Shown piece after piece: positions 1-11,010 of a stretch of 20,000 nucleotides of DNA. A program made the position numbers and the translations under genes. The notes beneath the pieces are model-generated. The model was not told where the DNA came from and made no database searches. It saw nothing but the letters and a program-made list of their open reading frames with translations. The stretch covers positions 240,293-260,292 of the forward strand of contig CT868429.1 of NCBI GenBank assembly GCA_000165425.1. Direction: 5' to 3'. How positions within the stretch are numbered: the stretch's first letter is position 1; each line of letters begins with the position of its first letter. This DNA comes from Paramecium tetraurelia. Its lineage: Eukaryota.

Positions 1-166
1 TTGATGTTTAGTTTTCCTATGTTCAGCTCTCCAGACCCTCCCAAATCCACCTCTCCCAATAACATACAAAAAATTATATTCGCATTTATTAGGCACTAAG
101 GTAAAATGAAGATTTACCTTTTATTTCTTTAACATTTAGATCTGGAGCATTATTGCAATTACCCAT
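1..166 (-). CDS. AGC-family Ser/Thr protein kinase, 5' part (runs off the window start)
   Basis: ATG at 166, 22 nt intron 96-117. Translation MGNCNNAPDLNVKEIKVPNKCEYNFLYVIGRGGFGRVWRAEHRKTKHQ has the GxGxxG loop (IGRGGFGRV) and an N-terminal MGNC myristoylation/palmitoylation-type motif. Confidence 0.85.
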
Positions 167-195
167 TAAATAAATATATAAATATTTTATCGAGC

Positions 196-1501
196 TCATA
201 ATTAAAATTTTGTATGAACTTTCACATTAATTTCTTTTTCTTTAATGATAACCTATTGTTGTAGTTATTAAATATCAAGAATATTTTTGACATATTTTTA
301 AGTACCCAAAAGTTATATCAATTAGTTCTTTAGTCTTTCAAGTAATTATGCTTCTCTCTTTACGTATTCAAACGACTTAGTCATATCATAAACAGCTGTA
401 AATATAAATAACTTTAAATTATTACAATTCAAATTTTTTATAATGTTAGGTAAACAGTTACAATTATTCAATCAACTATTTAAATCTTATTATTATCCAA
501 ACTTGAAAATACCAAGATCTAATTTATTTAAGATTAAAAATACTATATATAGCTGTATCAATCGTTTTTTTTCAAATCAAATGGTAAGACATGATGAACC
601 AAGTATTGAATATGAGTTTACATAAACAATCTCTCTTCTCTGAATTCACCCAGAATTATTCTTCCAAAATTTACAAATATTTTTTTGTTATATACTTACT
701 TAAAGTTTAGAATAAATTTTTAGAACTCAAATTAAAATCTGATATCTAAATTTAGAGGTAATTAACTTACAAGGAGGGCATTATAAGATTAATTAGATGA
801 ACCTTATTATTCTTTTGTGGAAGCATTAGAAAATTAATTTTATTATTACACTTTAATATATTGACACAATCAGTAATAAATATATTCTGTTAATCGAGAT
901 TTTTTTGGAGAACTTAGATTTGTTTACTAAGTTCAGTTACTTTGATTTCAAAAAGCTCTACATCTATTTTCCTTCTCTTTCTTGAATCCCTAGCAGATTG
1001 TCTGTTCTTGGCCAATTTCATTTTATTGCTGTCATCCAAGCCTTGCTCTTCGAAATAGTATCCATTTTCTTTTTCAAATTATTTCTTCGCTTTAAGATAG
1101 GCCTTTTAACTAATATAGTAGAGCAGACTCAACCAATCTATGGGATATGATTGATGATTGGACAAGAGATATACATATGCCAAAACATCATCTAGAAACT
1201 ATATGGATGAATGGGATTTTATATATTTGAAATGAAAATATGAATTAATTTATATCAAAGCTCTTAGAAATCATTTTATAAAAATCATTATTAAATTTCA
1301 TAACCAATCAGCAGTTAAGGTTCTATTTTCAATAAGAAAAATTTATTTTCATTTCAAATATATAAAATCCCATTCATCCATATAGATTCTAGATGATGTT
1401 TTGGAATATGTATATTTTTTGTTTAATTATAAATTATATTCCATAGATTGGTTGAGTCTGCTCTAAAGTCAAATCTTATAATTTTGAGTATTTTCTAACA
1501 T
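196..1501 (-). pseudogene. bZIP transcription factor pseudogene, interrupted by the fold-back element
   Basis: Basic region and zipper KLAKNRQSARDSRKRRKIDVELFEIKVTELSKQIQVLQKNL at about 895-1017. Coding-like helical C-terminus (DMTKSFEYVKREAQLLERLKNQLIQLLG...) ends at TGA 196-198. Lesions: in-frame TGA at 1469-1471 after the ATG at 1501, TGA in all three minus frames (558, 572, 577) with no typical small intron spanning them, and the insertion at 1119-1465. Confidence 0.7.
1119..1465. repeat. Long inverted repeat / fold-back element: arms 1119-1240 and 1344-1465 (122 bp each) with a 103 bp spacer
   Basis: Ungapped manual alignment of the left arm with the reverse complement of the right arm gives 112/122 identity. 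Both ends read TAGAGCAG inward. Confidence 0.95.
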
Positions 1502-1841
1502 TATAACTTTAAAATAAATATATATATTACTATTTTATAATAACTTTGAATATTTTCTTCCTAAGAAATATTATATGCATGTGCTATAATAACGATGATA
1601 TTAAATCCTTTATAATTGATAAATTTAATCATTTAAAGCATAATTATTTATGACGCATTGATATAATGATTAATGAAACTTGAATTTTGATCCCAGATTA
1701 ATGCCAAATAAATAGGATCAAAATGTATTTACAAATTTGTTATAAACATATTTTAATTTTGTTTATGTTTTGGAGATACAAGACATTATATTTATATTAT
1801 ATTTTAAGTATTCAAAATGTTGAATAACATTTATATTTACA

Positions 1842-3657
1842 TCATTTTCCTTATAAATAGCTGACAATTGAACTTAATGCAACTGTTAATGTTGTTATGA
1901 AAATAAAAAACAGGAAATAGACAAAGAAATAGTAATATGCTAAATTTTTTGTCAGTTTGTACCTAAATATTGAGAATAAATAATACTTCTTATTTATTAC
2001 TACTATGCAAGTCATTATTATATTCATCAAAGAAAAAACAAGAACGCAATAAGCAATTGAATTATTCATTCTAGCAATAATCTAAGTATATTATATAATT
2101 TTACAATATCTGTTTATGAGTCACTCTTCGCATCTCTAAATAGATCAAAAGAGATAACTCCTGGAAATGACTTGATAGTAGTCAACCTAACCAAAGCTCC
2201 TCCAAATCCACATAACATATTAAAAATGGTTCCTGAAAAACATCCTGTCATTGCCATCAATCCATAACCGATTGAAGCCAATTTAGTATTGACAAAGAAA
2301 TCGCAAGTAGAATTTCCAAATGCCAAAAATGTCATTCCTAAATAAGAATAACCGACTCCAGTAATTGTTTGTATTAACTAAATAACATTAAATGAATAAT
2401 AATACCAAGATAAAATCAATCAAGACTTAAATCACTGATTTGCACCAGATAATTGAACATATAACACATTCAATTAATATTATAATGATAGGAATTTCAA
2501 ATATTAATTAATAGATAAACAAAAGGATTCCAAAAATTTCCAAAATTATCCATAATTTAATACCGTAAACTTCCATTGAGAGAGCTATTAAATACTTAAA
2601 AATAGGTTATACATCCTAGTAAAGCAAGCATAACAATTGGACAGATGAGTTAATGCATAGCTGTGAATGTTTTATCATACTTTTCTTGGTTGCTTGCAGG
2701 AATAGTGAATTTCCTAACAATATCGAGAGAAGTTGTATAAATATATTTCATCTTTGCAATTACAGACATCTCTTCAAAAGGTATTTTGTATTATTCAGAA
2801 TTGTATTTTGTCAATTCTTTTTTAATTTCCTCATCAACATTTTAAATATCTTGATTTCCAATTTCTCCTTCCTCCATATGTAATACCAATTGTTTCTTCT
2901 CTTGCTCCATTCTATCTTCCTCTGAGTTTATTCGATCTTCTTGCTCCTCTAAAATTTTTAAAAGAAAACTTACTTTTCTTTAGTGTCTTCTCATTTGCCA
3001 AGACAACTACTATATATACTAAATATAGTGAACAAAAGCCTATAGCCATGTAATGGTTGATTTGTCCAATGAATGCAAAAACCATCAATAAAAAGATGGC
3101 AACTCCATTAAATAAAATATCTCTTATAAATGGCACCTTTTAAGCCTTTAAATGTTAATTATAAACAATACTTTGATTATTCCTGAGAATAGGATCACTG
3201 CTCCAAAAACTAGAGTGGTCATACATAAACAACTTCCAAAAATGCTTCCAACTGCGATGAGGATTCCATCGTCGTCTTAGGAAGCCAAAACTGCACAGAA
3301 AAAGTCTGGGACACCATTTGCAAAGGCAATTAGAGTAACCCTTTAATGAAAATATTAAATACCCTGCAAAAGTTTAAGACATTTTGAAGTATTCTGCAAT
3401 GAAAGTCACAGCTGGAGACAAATAGTCATCAACAGTTCTTGCTAAAAAGTTGAACAAGAAGAAAAAAAGGAGTGGCTATGAAGATATTAACTGAGTTCTT
3501 TTACAGCTATTAAGATCAATATAACCCAATTTTCATCGAGTTGACAGAAATAATAATGGGTAAATTTGAAGATTTCTTAGTCATTACAATTCTCCTTCAC
3601 ATAGACACAACTGTTTTCGGAAGCTTTTATTAGCTAATAAAGGCATGCCTGAACCAT
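1842..3657 (-). CDS. Cation/Ca2+ exchanger (CCX/NCLX-like, Na_Ca_ex family)
   Basis: ATG at 3657, TGA at 1842, about 8 tiny introns. Alpha-1 repeat GVTLIAFANGVPDFF, alpha-2 repeat LGMTFLAFGNSTCDFFVN, MPFIRDILF-type segment, multiple TM helices and an acidic central loop. Confidence 0.9.
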
Positions 3658-4079
3658 TCAAACAAAACGAATATATAAAAATACTCAATATTTTTTCCCT
3701 ATAAATCCCGAGTCAAATTCTTTCAATTTGTGTTTTTTAAAAAGATTCATAAAGCAACTCACGCATATAAGACTTTAAGTTATTATCGAAAAACTATGTT
3801 TAACTACATTGTTAATTGTAGCTAAACTTCCTCATGTTTAAAAAAATTCTAACAAACCAAAAAAAAATGTCAAAATAACGAATTTTTTTTTTTAATTTCT
3901 AAATATTTTGGCGGTTTTATTAAACTTCAATACTATAAGAAAAATGGAAAACATCGAACAAATCAATACGCAGAATGCTTTACACTTTGTTATCACTCAA
4001 CTTTACACATACCATATTAAAATTTTTGTCCACCACCCTCCAAAAAAAATGTCAGACTTTATATATTATAAATTATAAT

Positions 4080-5592
4080 ATGATGTATTTGCTCTTTATA
4101 CATTAATTTACTTCCTAAGTTTACTTCTTTCTCAACCAATTATTGAAAGATTTCAATAATTTTTAGAGAGGAGTTGCATATGTTACTAATTATTTAATAA
4201 AGGACTTATTAAATAATAATAAAGCTCTCATTTAAAACTAGTGTTCCCTAAAATAAACTCAAGAGATAAGGAGCAAATAAGAATCAGAATGTTGTCTATG
4301 GGGAGTTAAATACTTTATTGAATGGCTCTTAAATTTCTTTCTTTCGAAATTTAGGCATTTTAAAATTATTTAATAACTGGTAATTTATAAATGGTTAATG
4401 CTATTTAGTATGATATAGTTTAGATTTAACTAATAAATGGATGAAAGTTTCTTTGAGTACTATCCTAGTTATAATGCAATCTGTTCTGATGTATGGATAA
4501 ATACACAAATTATTTTTTTTAAAAGTCAATATAAAACCTGATGATCTCATTATATTATGTGCTTAAAAATTTACATTAACTTAATACAAGAGAAGAATAT
4601 GTCTGTTTCTAATTAACATAACAATTATGAAAGTATAGATTCATGGAAAATTTCATCAGAAGATGATCATTCAGTTTTAGAAATATTTCATTTCATTACA
4701 ACATTAATTGTTAATTAGATTTATGAGAATAGAACTATATTCATGTTATAGGTAAGAAAATATAGGGAGAAATGGGTAGAAATTAATGGGAAGGAAAGGG
4801 ATTGGAGAGTTCAAACGAAATTTATCATTATTAGTAATAATTTAAAACCATTTTAGAATATCATTGTAGTTTGAAAAGATTAGATTTTAAAGACAAAAAA
4901 ATGACGAAAATACTATTCAGAGTCTGCTGAAAATATTATAAAATTAAAAGGATGACATAATAGAGAGAGCCTAACAAATTAATAATAAAATATAGAGAAT
5001 AGATAAACTACTTTATGATATAAAATTTATAAAAATGTAATAAAAACATGAAGCTAGTTTCTCAATAGGATAGCTTGAAGATGATTTGAATGGAGTTGAA
5101 ACATCGCCTTCTCGATAATTTGATTCATTTAAACTAATCAATTAATTATCTATAAAAACAAAGGATTCTGTGGATTAGAAATTTAAGTAATACAAAAGAA
5201 GATAAAATCATCATAAATCTGATATTCATAGACCAACGTAACTTCAATCAGTCGATAAGAATAATGATTAAACTGAAAAAAGAGGTGCGACATATGAAAG
5301 AATACCTAGTGATTTACAAATAGATTCTCAAATCAGATAAGCTAAAAGAAAGAACATTAAAGTTTCGGAATAGGGTCTTAGTCGAAATAATTTACTTGAA
5401 TCGAATTCGTCATCGTATAGTTCAAAGTTAGGTTCAAAATAAAACTGTGTAAAGGGAATTTTGAAGAAGTAGACACTCGATTCTTCGTTCTCTGATAATA
5501 ACTCTAGAAGCAGTAGTATAGGTAGTAAGAAAGGTGTTAAGTTCAATTTATCAAAGCCAGAAGTCAGAATGGCCATGAATTAATGGAAATGA
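4080..5592 (+). CDS. Hypothetical protein (about 490 aa) with Ser-rich C-terminus
   Basis: ATG at 4080 in AT-rich context, one frame-changing 25 nt intron (4394-4418), then a TGA-free frame from 4419 to 5592 ending SSSIGSKKGVKFNLSKPEVRMAMNQWK*. No domain recognised, and the 5' exon structure is less certain. Confidence 0.6.
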
Positions 5593-5668
5593 ATACTTTT
5601 GATGGAATTCATCTTTTCATTCGAAATGAATCAATAATTTTATTTTCAATAATAATTAATTTTATAAC

Positions 5669-8403
5669 ATGGCCTGTTCATATGTATTTTCCGATGACAA
5701 ATCTTTCCTACAAGATTTGGATTTCATGTTGGAATAATCAGATTAATGTCCTTCCTTGTTAAAATGCTAATCATGTTCAATCTAGCTGTAAAAGTAATAA
5801 TCAGATAATAAATCTAATGTATCATGTGCTGATTTAGTTGATTTGGAGAGAGGAGGTAATTTATTCAATCATTTCAGGTTGCATCCTCCAGACCAAAATC
5901 GGTCCAATTTAGTACGGAATGCCCCCAGAAACAATAAAGGACTGTTTAAATTTAGGAATGGAGGTTCCAACATTTTATATAATACCAACAAAGAGGTATC
6001 AAATTTAGAAATGCTAAGATTTGATAAAAGACTGGGTATAAGCACTGCTGAATTCGAGTTTCCAGCTTATTTTAATTTCTTTTGTAAAAAGAAGTAAATA
6101 ACATTGATCTGTACTGCTGACACAGAAAAGGCAATTAGAACTGTTTTTCAAGAGACTCTATTAGGTCCAGTCGATCATCCTGATTTGGCACTTGATTTCT
6201 ACCATAAATTCCCAAAAAGTGCATACCCAGATTTTCATAAAGAAAGGAGTGTATTTTCAAGGAATCCATCGAATTTGGATGAAAAATTGACGATAGACCA
6301 TTTATTAAAATTTTGTTTATTTGATGAAAACAATACAGCCACAATAACTGAAGGGGAGATCACAATTAAAATAATTAAGGATAGCAATTCATTTAAGATC
6401 TTAGAAAATGGGATATATCTGAAAGGCATTCAAGATACATTTACATTCCCTTCATAATATTATGAATATATTGTTACTAAACCAGATGATTATCGAGCTG
6501 AAAGCATGAAGAATATTAAATCTAAAAGGGATGCTGCAAAAGAATAATGTCCAACTCCCTTATTGGTAAAGCAATTACCTGAAATGACAGTTGAAGAAAA
6601 AGTAGAAAATTGGGTTATTGGTAATAAATATTAAAGAGGTGGGGAGAAGAAGCTGTCCGTAGTCTTATGGGATCAGATGGGAGGACATGTTGAGACTGGA
6701 TCGGCTATTTTCTAATTAGATATTGATGAAAACAAATCATTTACACCACCAGATTTTGGTGTTACCATTCTAGGATGTGTAATTAAAATTTTATGTATTT
6801 TTAGTCCCATGGATTCGATCCTAAAGGGTCAACTTCTGGTTATATTTTCTGGGTTAATGGAAGAGGAATAATGGTTGATCCACCTCCTTTTGCTTCCTAT
6901 CATATGAAATAGATGGGAATTCCATCAATATTAATTTGTGCAGTTATTATTAGTCACTGTCATGCTGATCATGATGCTGGTACATTCCATAAGATATTGG
7001 ATGATACTCGAGTAGAAATTATAACAACTAGAACAATTATGAATTCCTTTTTAAGAAAATATTCTGCAATGTCCAATATTGATGTTGATTCCTTAAGGAG
7101 ATTATTTATTTTTAGGTATTTCTTTATTAAATATCCCTAGACCGGCTATCATTGGAATTCCTTTGAATATCTATGGAGCCTACTTTAATTTCTTCTATGC
7201 TATGCACACTATTCCAAGTCTTGGGTTTAGTGTTAAATTGGAGAATAAATCAATGTATTTTTCATCTGATACATTTTTTGATCCAGATTAACTGTTGGTC
7301 TATAAAAATCAAGGAATTCTCTCACAAAAAAGATATGAACACTTAGCCTTTGTAGAATTCAAGGAAGATTTAATTCTTCATGAGGCAGGTGTTCCTCCTA
7401 TTCACACTGCATAGTCTGTGCTTGGCAAATTACCAAATAACATTAAAAATAGACTTTATCTCGTACATACAGCCTAAAAAGATTTGAAAAAAGAGTTAGG
7501 TTTAAAGATAGCCAAAACTGGTATAGAAAACACAATGATTTTGATACCAAGTAATACAAATAAGCATTTAACAACAATAAGAAGACTTGATTTGCTTTCA
7601 ACAATAGATATTTTTGAGCATTTAACTTTGAAAAATGTGAGATGGCTTTTAGATTCAGTGACGTCTGAAGAGTTCTTTCCAGGATAAGATGTTATTAAAG
7701 AGGGTACTGCTGGAGATAGATTCTATATTATTGAATCAGGACTAGCAAGAGTCTACTCAAAGTAGAAAGGATAAGAATTTGAGAGATACTATTAGGTTGG
7801 TGACTATTTCGGCGAATCTGCTGTATTATCAAATGAAGGAAGAAGGGGAGCTTCGTAATTATTATTATTATTAACTCTTTTAGTGTCGAAGCTGTCACAA
7901 ATCTTAAAGTGCTTATTCTAGAGAAACACGATTTCTGGTTTATATTTGGAGATGGTCTTGGCGGGTAAGGTCCTATCATCTAAAAAATGAAATAATTGAC
8001 TGCTGCCAGAAGGTCGAAAGCTGTTCATTGTCTATTTAAGAATTCAATTTTATCTGAATTGACTCCTTCATAAAAAACACAATTAGAAATGATAATGAGA
8101 GAACAAGAAATTGAGAAAGGGACTGTGCTTTGGAAAGTTGGTGAGAAACCAGAGTTTGCTTTCATCATAAAGAGAGGAACCTTTGCATTTTATGACTGTC
8201 CAGAATAAGATCTAGAAGAATTAGACTCAGGAGCTTATGTTGGAGAATTAAAAGCTATCATTGAAAATACTGCAATTTCTACATCCATTAGAGCAACCAG
8301 AAAGGCTACAATATTCAAGATTTCCAGAAAGGATTTAATTAGTTTTGCTAATAAACATCCTGGAATCTATATGATATTGATTGATACAAAATATTTAGAA
8401 TGA
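5669..8403 (+). CDS. Metallo-beta-lactamase-fold cyclic nucleotide phosphodiesterase with two C-terminal cNMP-binding domains (Dictyostelium GbpA/GbpB-like)
   Basis: Introns 5856-5877, 5996-6018, 6779-6804, 7116-7140 and 7855-7883. Motifs: GPIQYGMPPETIKD, AEFEFPAYFNFF, LGCSHGFDPKGSTSG, MVDPPP, HCHADHDAG (HxHxDH), HTIPSLG, FSSDT, HEAGVPPIHT. CNB segments: VIKEGTAGDRFYIIESG..GDYFGESA and LWKVGEKPEFAFIIKRG..GAYVGE. Confidence 0.9.
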
Positions 8404-8428
8404 ATAATATTAATTACAAAAATGTATT

Positions 8429-10450
8429 TCACTTTTTCTCAAACAACTCTATTAGCATTTCTGCATCAAATCTTGAATCTATTAATGCTTGAAACTTGTT
8501 TTATAAACTAAATCTGTCTATTAGTTATTTTTTGTTTGATGGCCATAATGATGGTGGTGGATATATTAAATCTATAGTAAGATACAAAGCATTATCTAAC
8601 ATTTAAGTGATTACTCTTTGATGATATGGGCTATCAGGAACAAAACTGGGATTTAAATTTAATTCTACTAACCAGGGCTTGAATTCTTAATCAATGATAT
8701 AATTCAAACCTATAATCTATATATATTATATTTATACTTCAAAATTATGATCTTTCACTACTAAATGAGTAAACACTGCTTTTATCGCATGTATTGCAAT
8801 TGCCTTTAATTAAGGAATCACAGTTTCTTTGAAATTTAATTTAAATTAAACGAAAAACTCCTATAATTTGTCAATCGATAACTTATTTCCTGGTTCTTAA
8901 AGGGAAAATCCTTTTGATTCCCTTTATATTTGACTATTTGTAAAATGTATCAAAGGATCCAAGTCGTGCTCATTATATTCTTTGCTACTGGTTCTACCAT
9001 ATACTTCATCATAAAAGTAAACTCTCACAACTCCATTTATCTGGCTAATCAGCAAATAGGTATATAAATCAAATTTCCTTTTATAATATAATAAGGGTTT
9101 TATATATTTTTAAATTACCAAAGTTTCAAAAGTGTGATCATGATTTTTAAATTCAGATACTATAAAATCTTACACCTACTTAACATTCTGGCAAATCTTC
9201 AAAAATTATCCATTATTAGCCCATTCCCCAGGCTTCACAATCCACAAAGAATTTTAATTTTTTTGTTATGTTAAAAATAAATTTAACTTTGGATCTTGTT
9301 AACTAGATATGATTATTGAATAAGGAAAAAATTAAAATAAGTCTATATTTAACAAGGATGCATATTATTCTAAGAATTTTATAAAAGTCTTCTTAAATCC
9401 TATCAATTAATTAATCTCAATGTGATTATGAAGTCTTCCACTAGGTGCAATAAGTAATAGTTTGTGTTCTATTGCAAATTTTATCTATTCTTCATAATTA
9501 TCTAAATTAAATGGGTCAACAACCTTATTCTAACTTTCATCAAATAACACTCTTATCTTTTATCTATATAAAAATTAAGAATTAGATCTTTGGGACCAAT
9601 AAAACTATACATCATCTGTTTTTTCAATGGATTCACACCACCACCATCTTTTTCGCATTAATTCTTTGATAATCATTTCATTTTCAGTAATTCCTTCAAT
9701 GTAATAACTTTGGGATCTTACTTATGATTATTTCACATAGAATAAATGGTTACATTAGAATTTAAATAGAAATTAATAATACCGCGTGAGCTTAACTTAA
9801 AAAGGGTCTTCTCCAATCCCATTCCCTTATAATCTACTTGATTTACTGAGTGGTTCATACTATTCCAATACTTCAATAATAACTGGAGCTTGTTTTGTAT
9901 ATATTTTAGGCAATTTCTTAACTTAATTTTGACTTTTTGCTATCTAAACATCCTCTTGGATTTTAGTATTCTAGTTCTTTAATATTGGGATTGGAGACTT
10001 TGGTACAAATAACTTTTTTTATGTATATTCTTGTCGCTTTTTTTACATATCACGTAATACTTTGACTAGGTCTTTGGTTTTACGTTCGTTTTAATTCTAT
10101 TCCACCTAATCATTTCCAGGAGGTTCATTCTTAATATGATTCTTTGATTTAATTCGAAATACAAACGCTTTTGATATTTCCTCGATTTAATTATTATGAC
10201 TCTAATTTGAAATGCTTCTCAGTTCTCTAAAAATGATTGAATGCTTCTTGTAGTATGTTCCGTTTGTTTAATGACTGTAGCTATTATTGGAAATAGTTTT
10301 TTAGGACAAAGAAGACTCATGTGATATATTAATTTTTTCTTAATCAGAACAATTAGGATTTCCTTTTTAAGGGATGCAGGCAAAATAATGATGATTATTA
10401 ATATTTTCGACGTGTTTAATCGTTTTTTATGAAAATGTATTCAGCTGCAT
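8429..10450 (-). CDS. Tubulin-tyrosine ligase-like (TTLL) ATP-grasp protein, divergent active site
   Basis: ATG at 10450, TGA at 8429, two tiny introns (26 and 21 nt). Motifs: RKRWWW, LHNHIE, WIVKPGE, IQKYIKPLLYYKRKFD, YGRTSS, IHFTNSQIQ, GNKLS, FEIIGLNYIID..KPWLVELNLNP, LTIDLIYPPP. Confidence 0.88.
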
Positions 10451-11010
10451 TGTATAAATATTTATTTATGCAAATAAATTAATAAATAATTATAAATTAC
10501 CAGTCCAAATCTATTAATCATGTCAAGAATAAAATTTTAATTTGTTTAAATGTTTGGAAATGTATTGTATTTTCCACTCTTTTAAAAATGTTTGAAAAAT
10601 CAAATGCCTTTTTTGTAAAACCATTAAAAGTAGAAATAAAAGAAATTTTATATTAAATTTCTAAGTTTGAGTGTTTTATTGAATTTATTCACTATTATAT
10701 CATTTTTACTTGTTTGATATATCAAATTCACAGGGAAAATTGTCCTAATTCTTTATTATAATAAATAAAATAAATCATATCTAACCAATATCTGGTTATA
10801 AATATTCATATCGATAAGCCAAAAAGGTTCTATTGGAATTACATAGATCTGAGTCAGAATTTTAGAATATCTAGAGTAAACATATCAATTCAATTTAATT
10901 TATAACAAAAATTATTAGTTTTATAATGGTTGAATAGTGAACAATCAAATGATGCTTAAAATATAATTTCTTAATGCATATTGGATCTAATTAAGGAGAT
11001 CCTAGATATT

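Noticed and set aside
443..625. + strand ORF from the track (and a code-6 frame at 214-594)
   Set aside because: Antisense to the bZIP relic with no recognisable protein features.
1684..1724. 10 bp inverted repeat ATTTTGATCC / GGATCAAAAT with a 21 nt spacer
   Set aside because: Short, in AT-rich intergenic DNA, and compatible with chance.
3944..4321. Code-6 ORF MENIEQINTQ...
   Set aside because: Overlaps the better 4080 gene model out of frame. ORFs this long arise easily when TGA is the only stop.
5328..7979. Minus-strand track ORFs (5328-5576, 6135-6344, 6235-6429, 7728-7979)
   Set aside because: Antisense shadows of real + strand genes.
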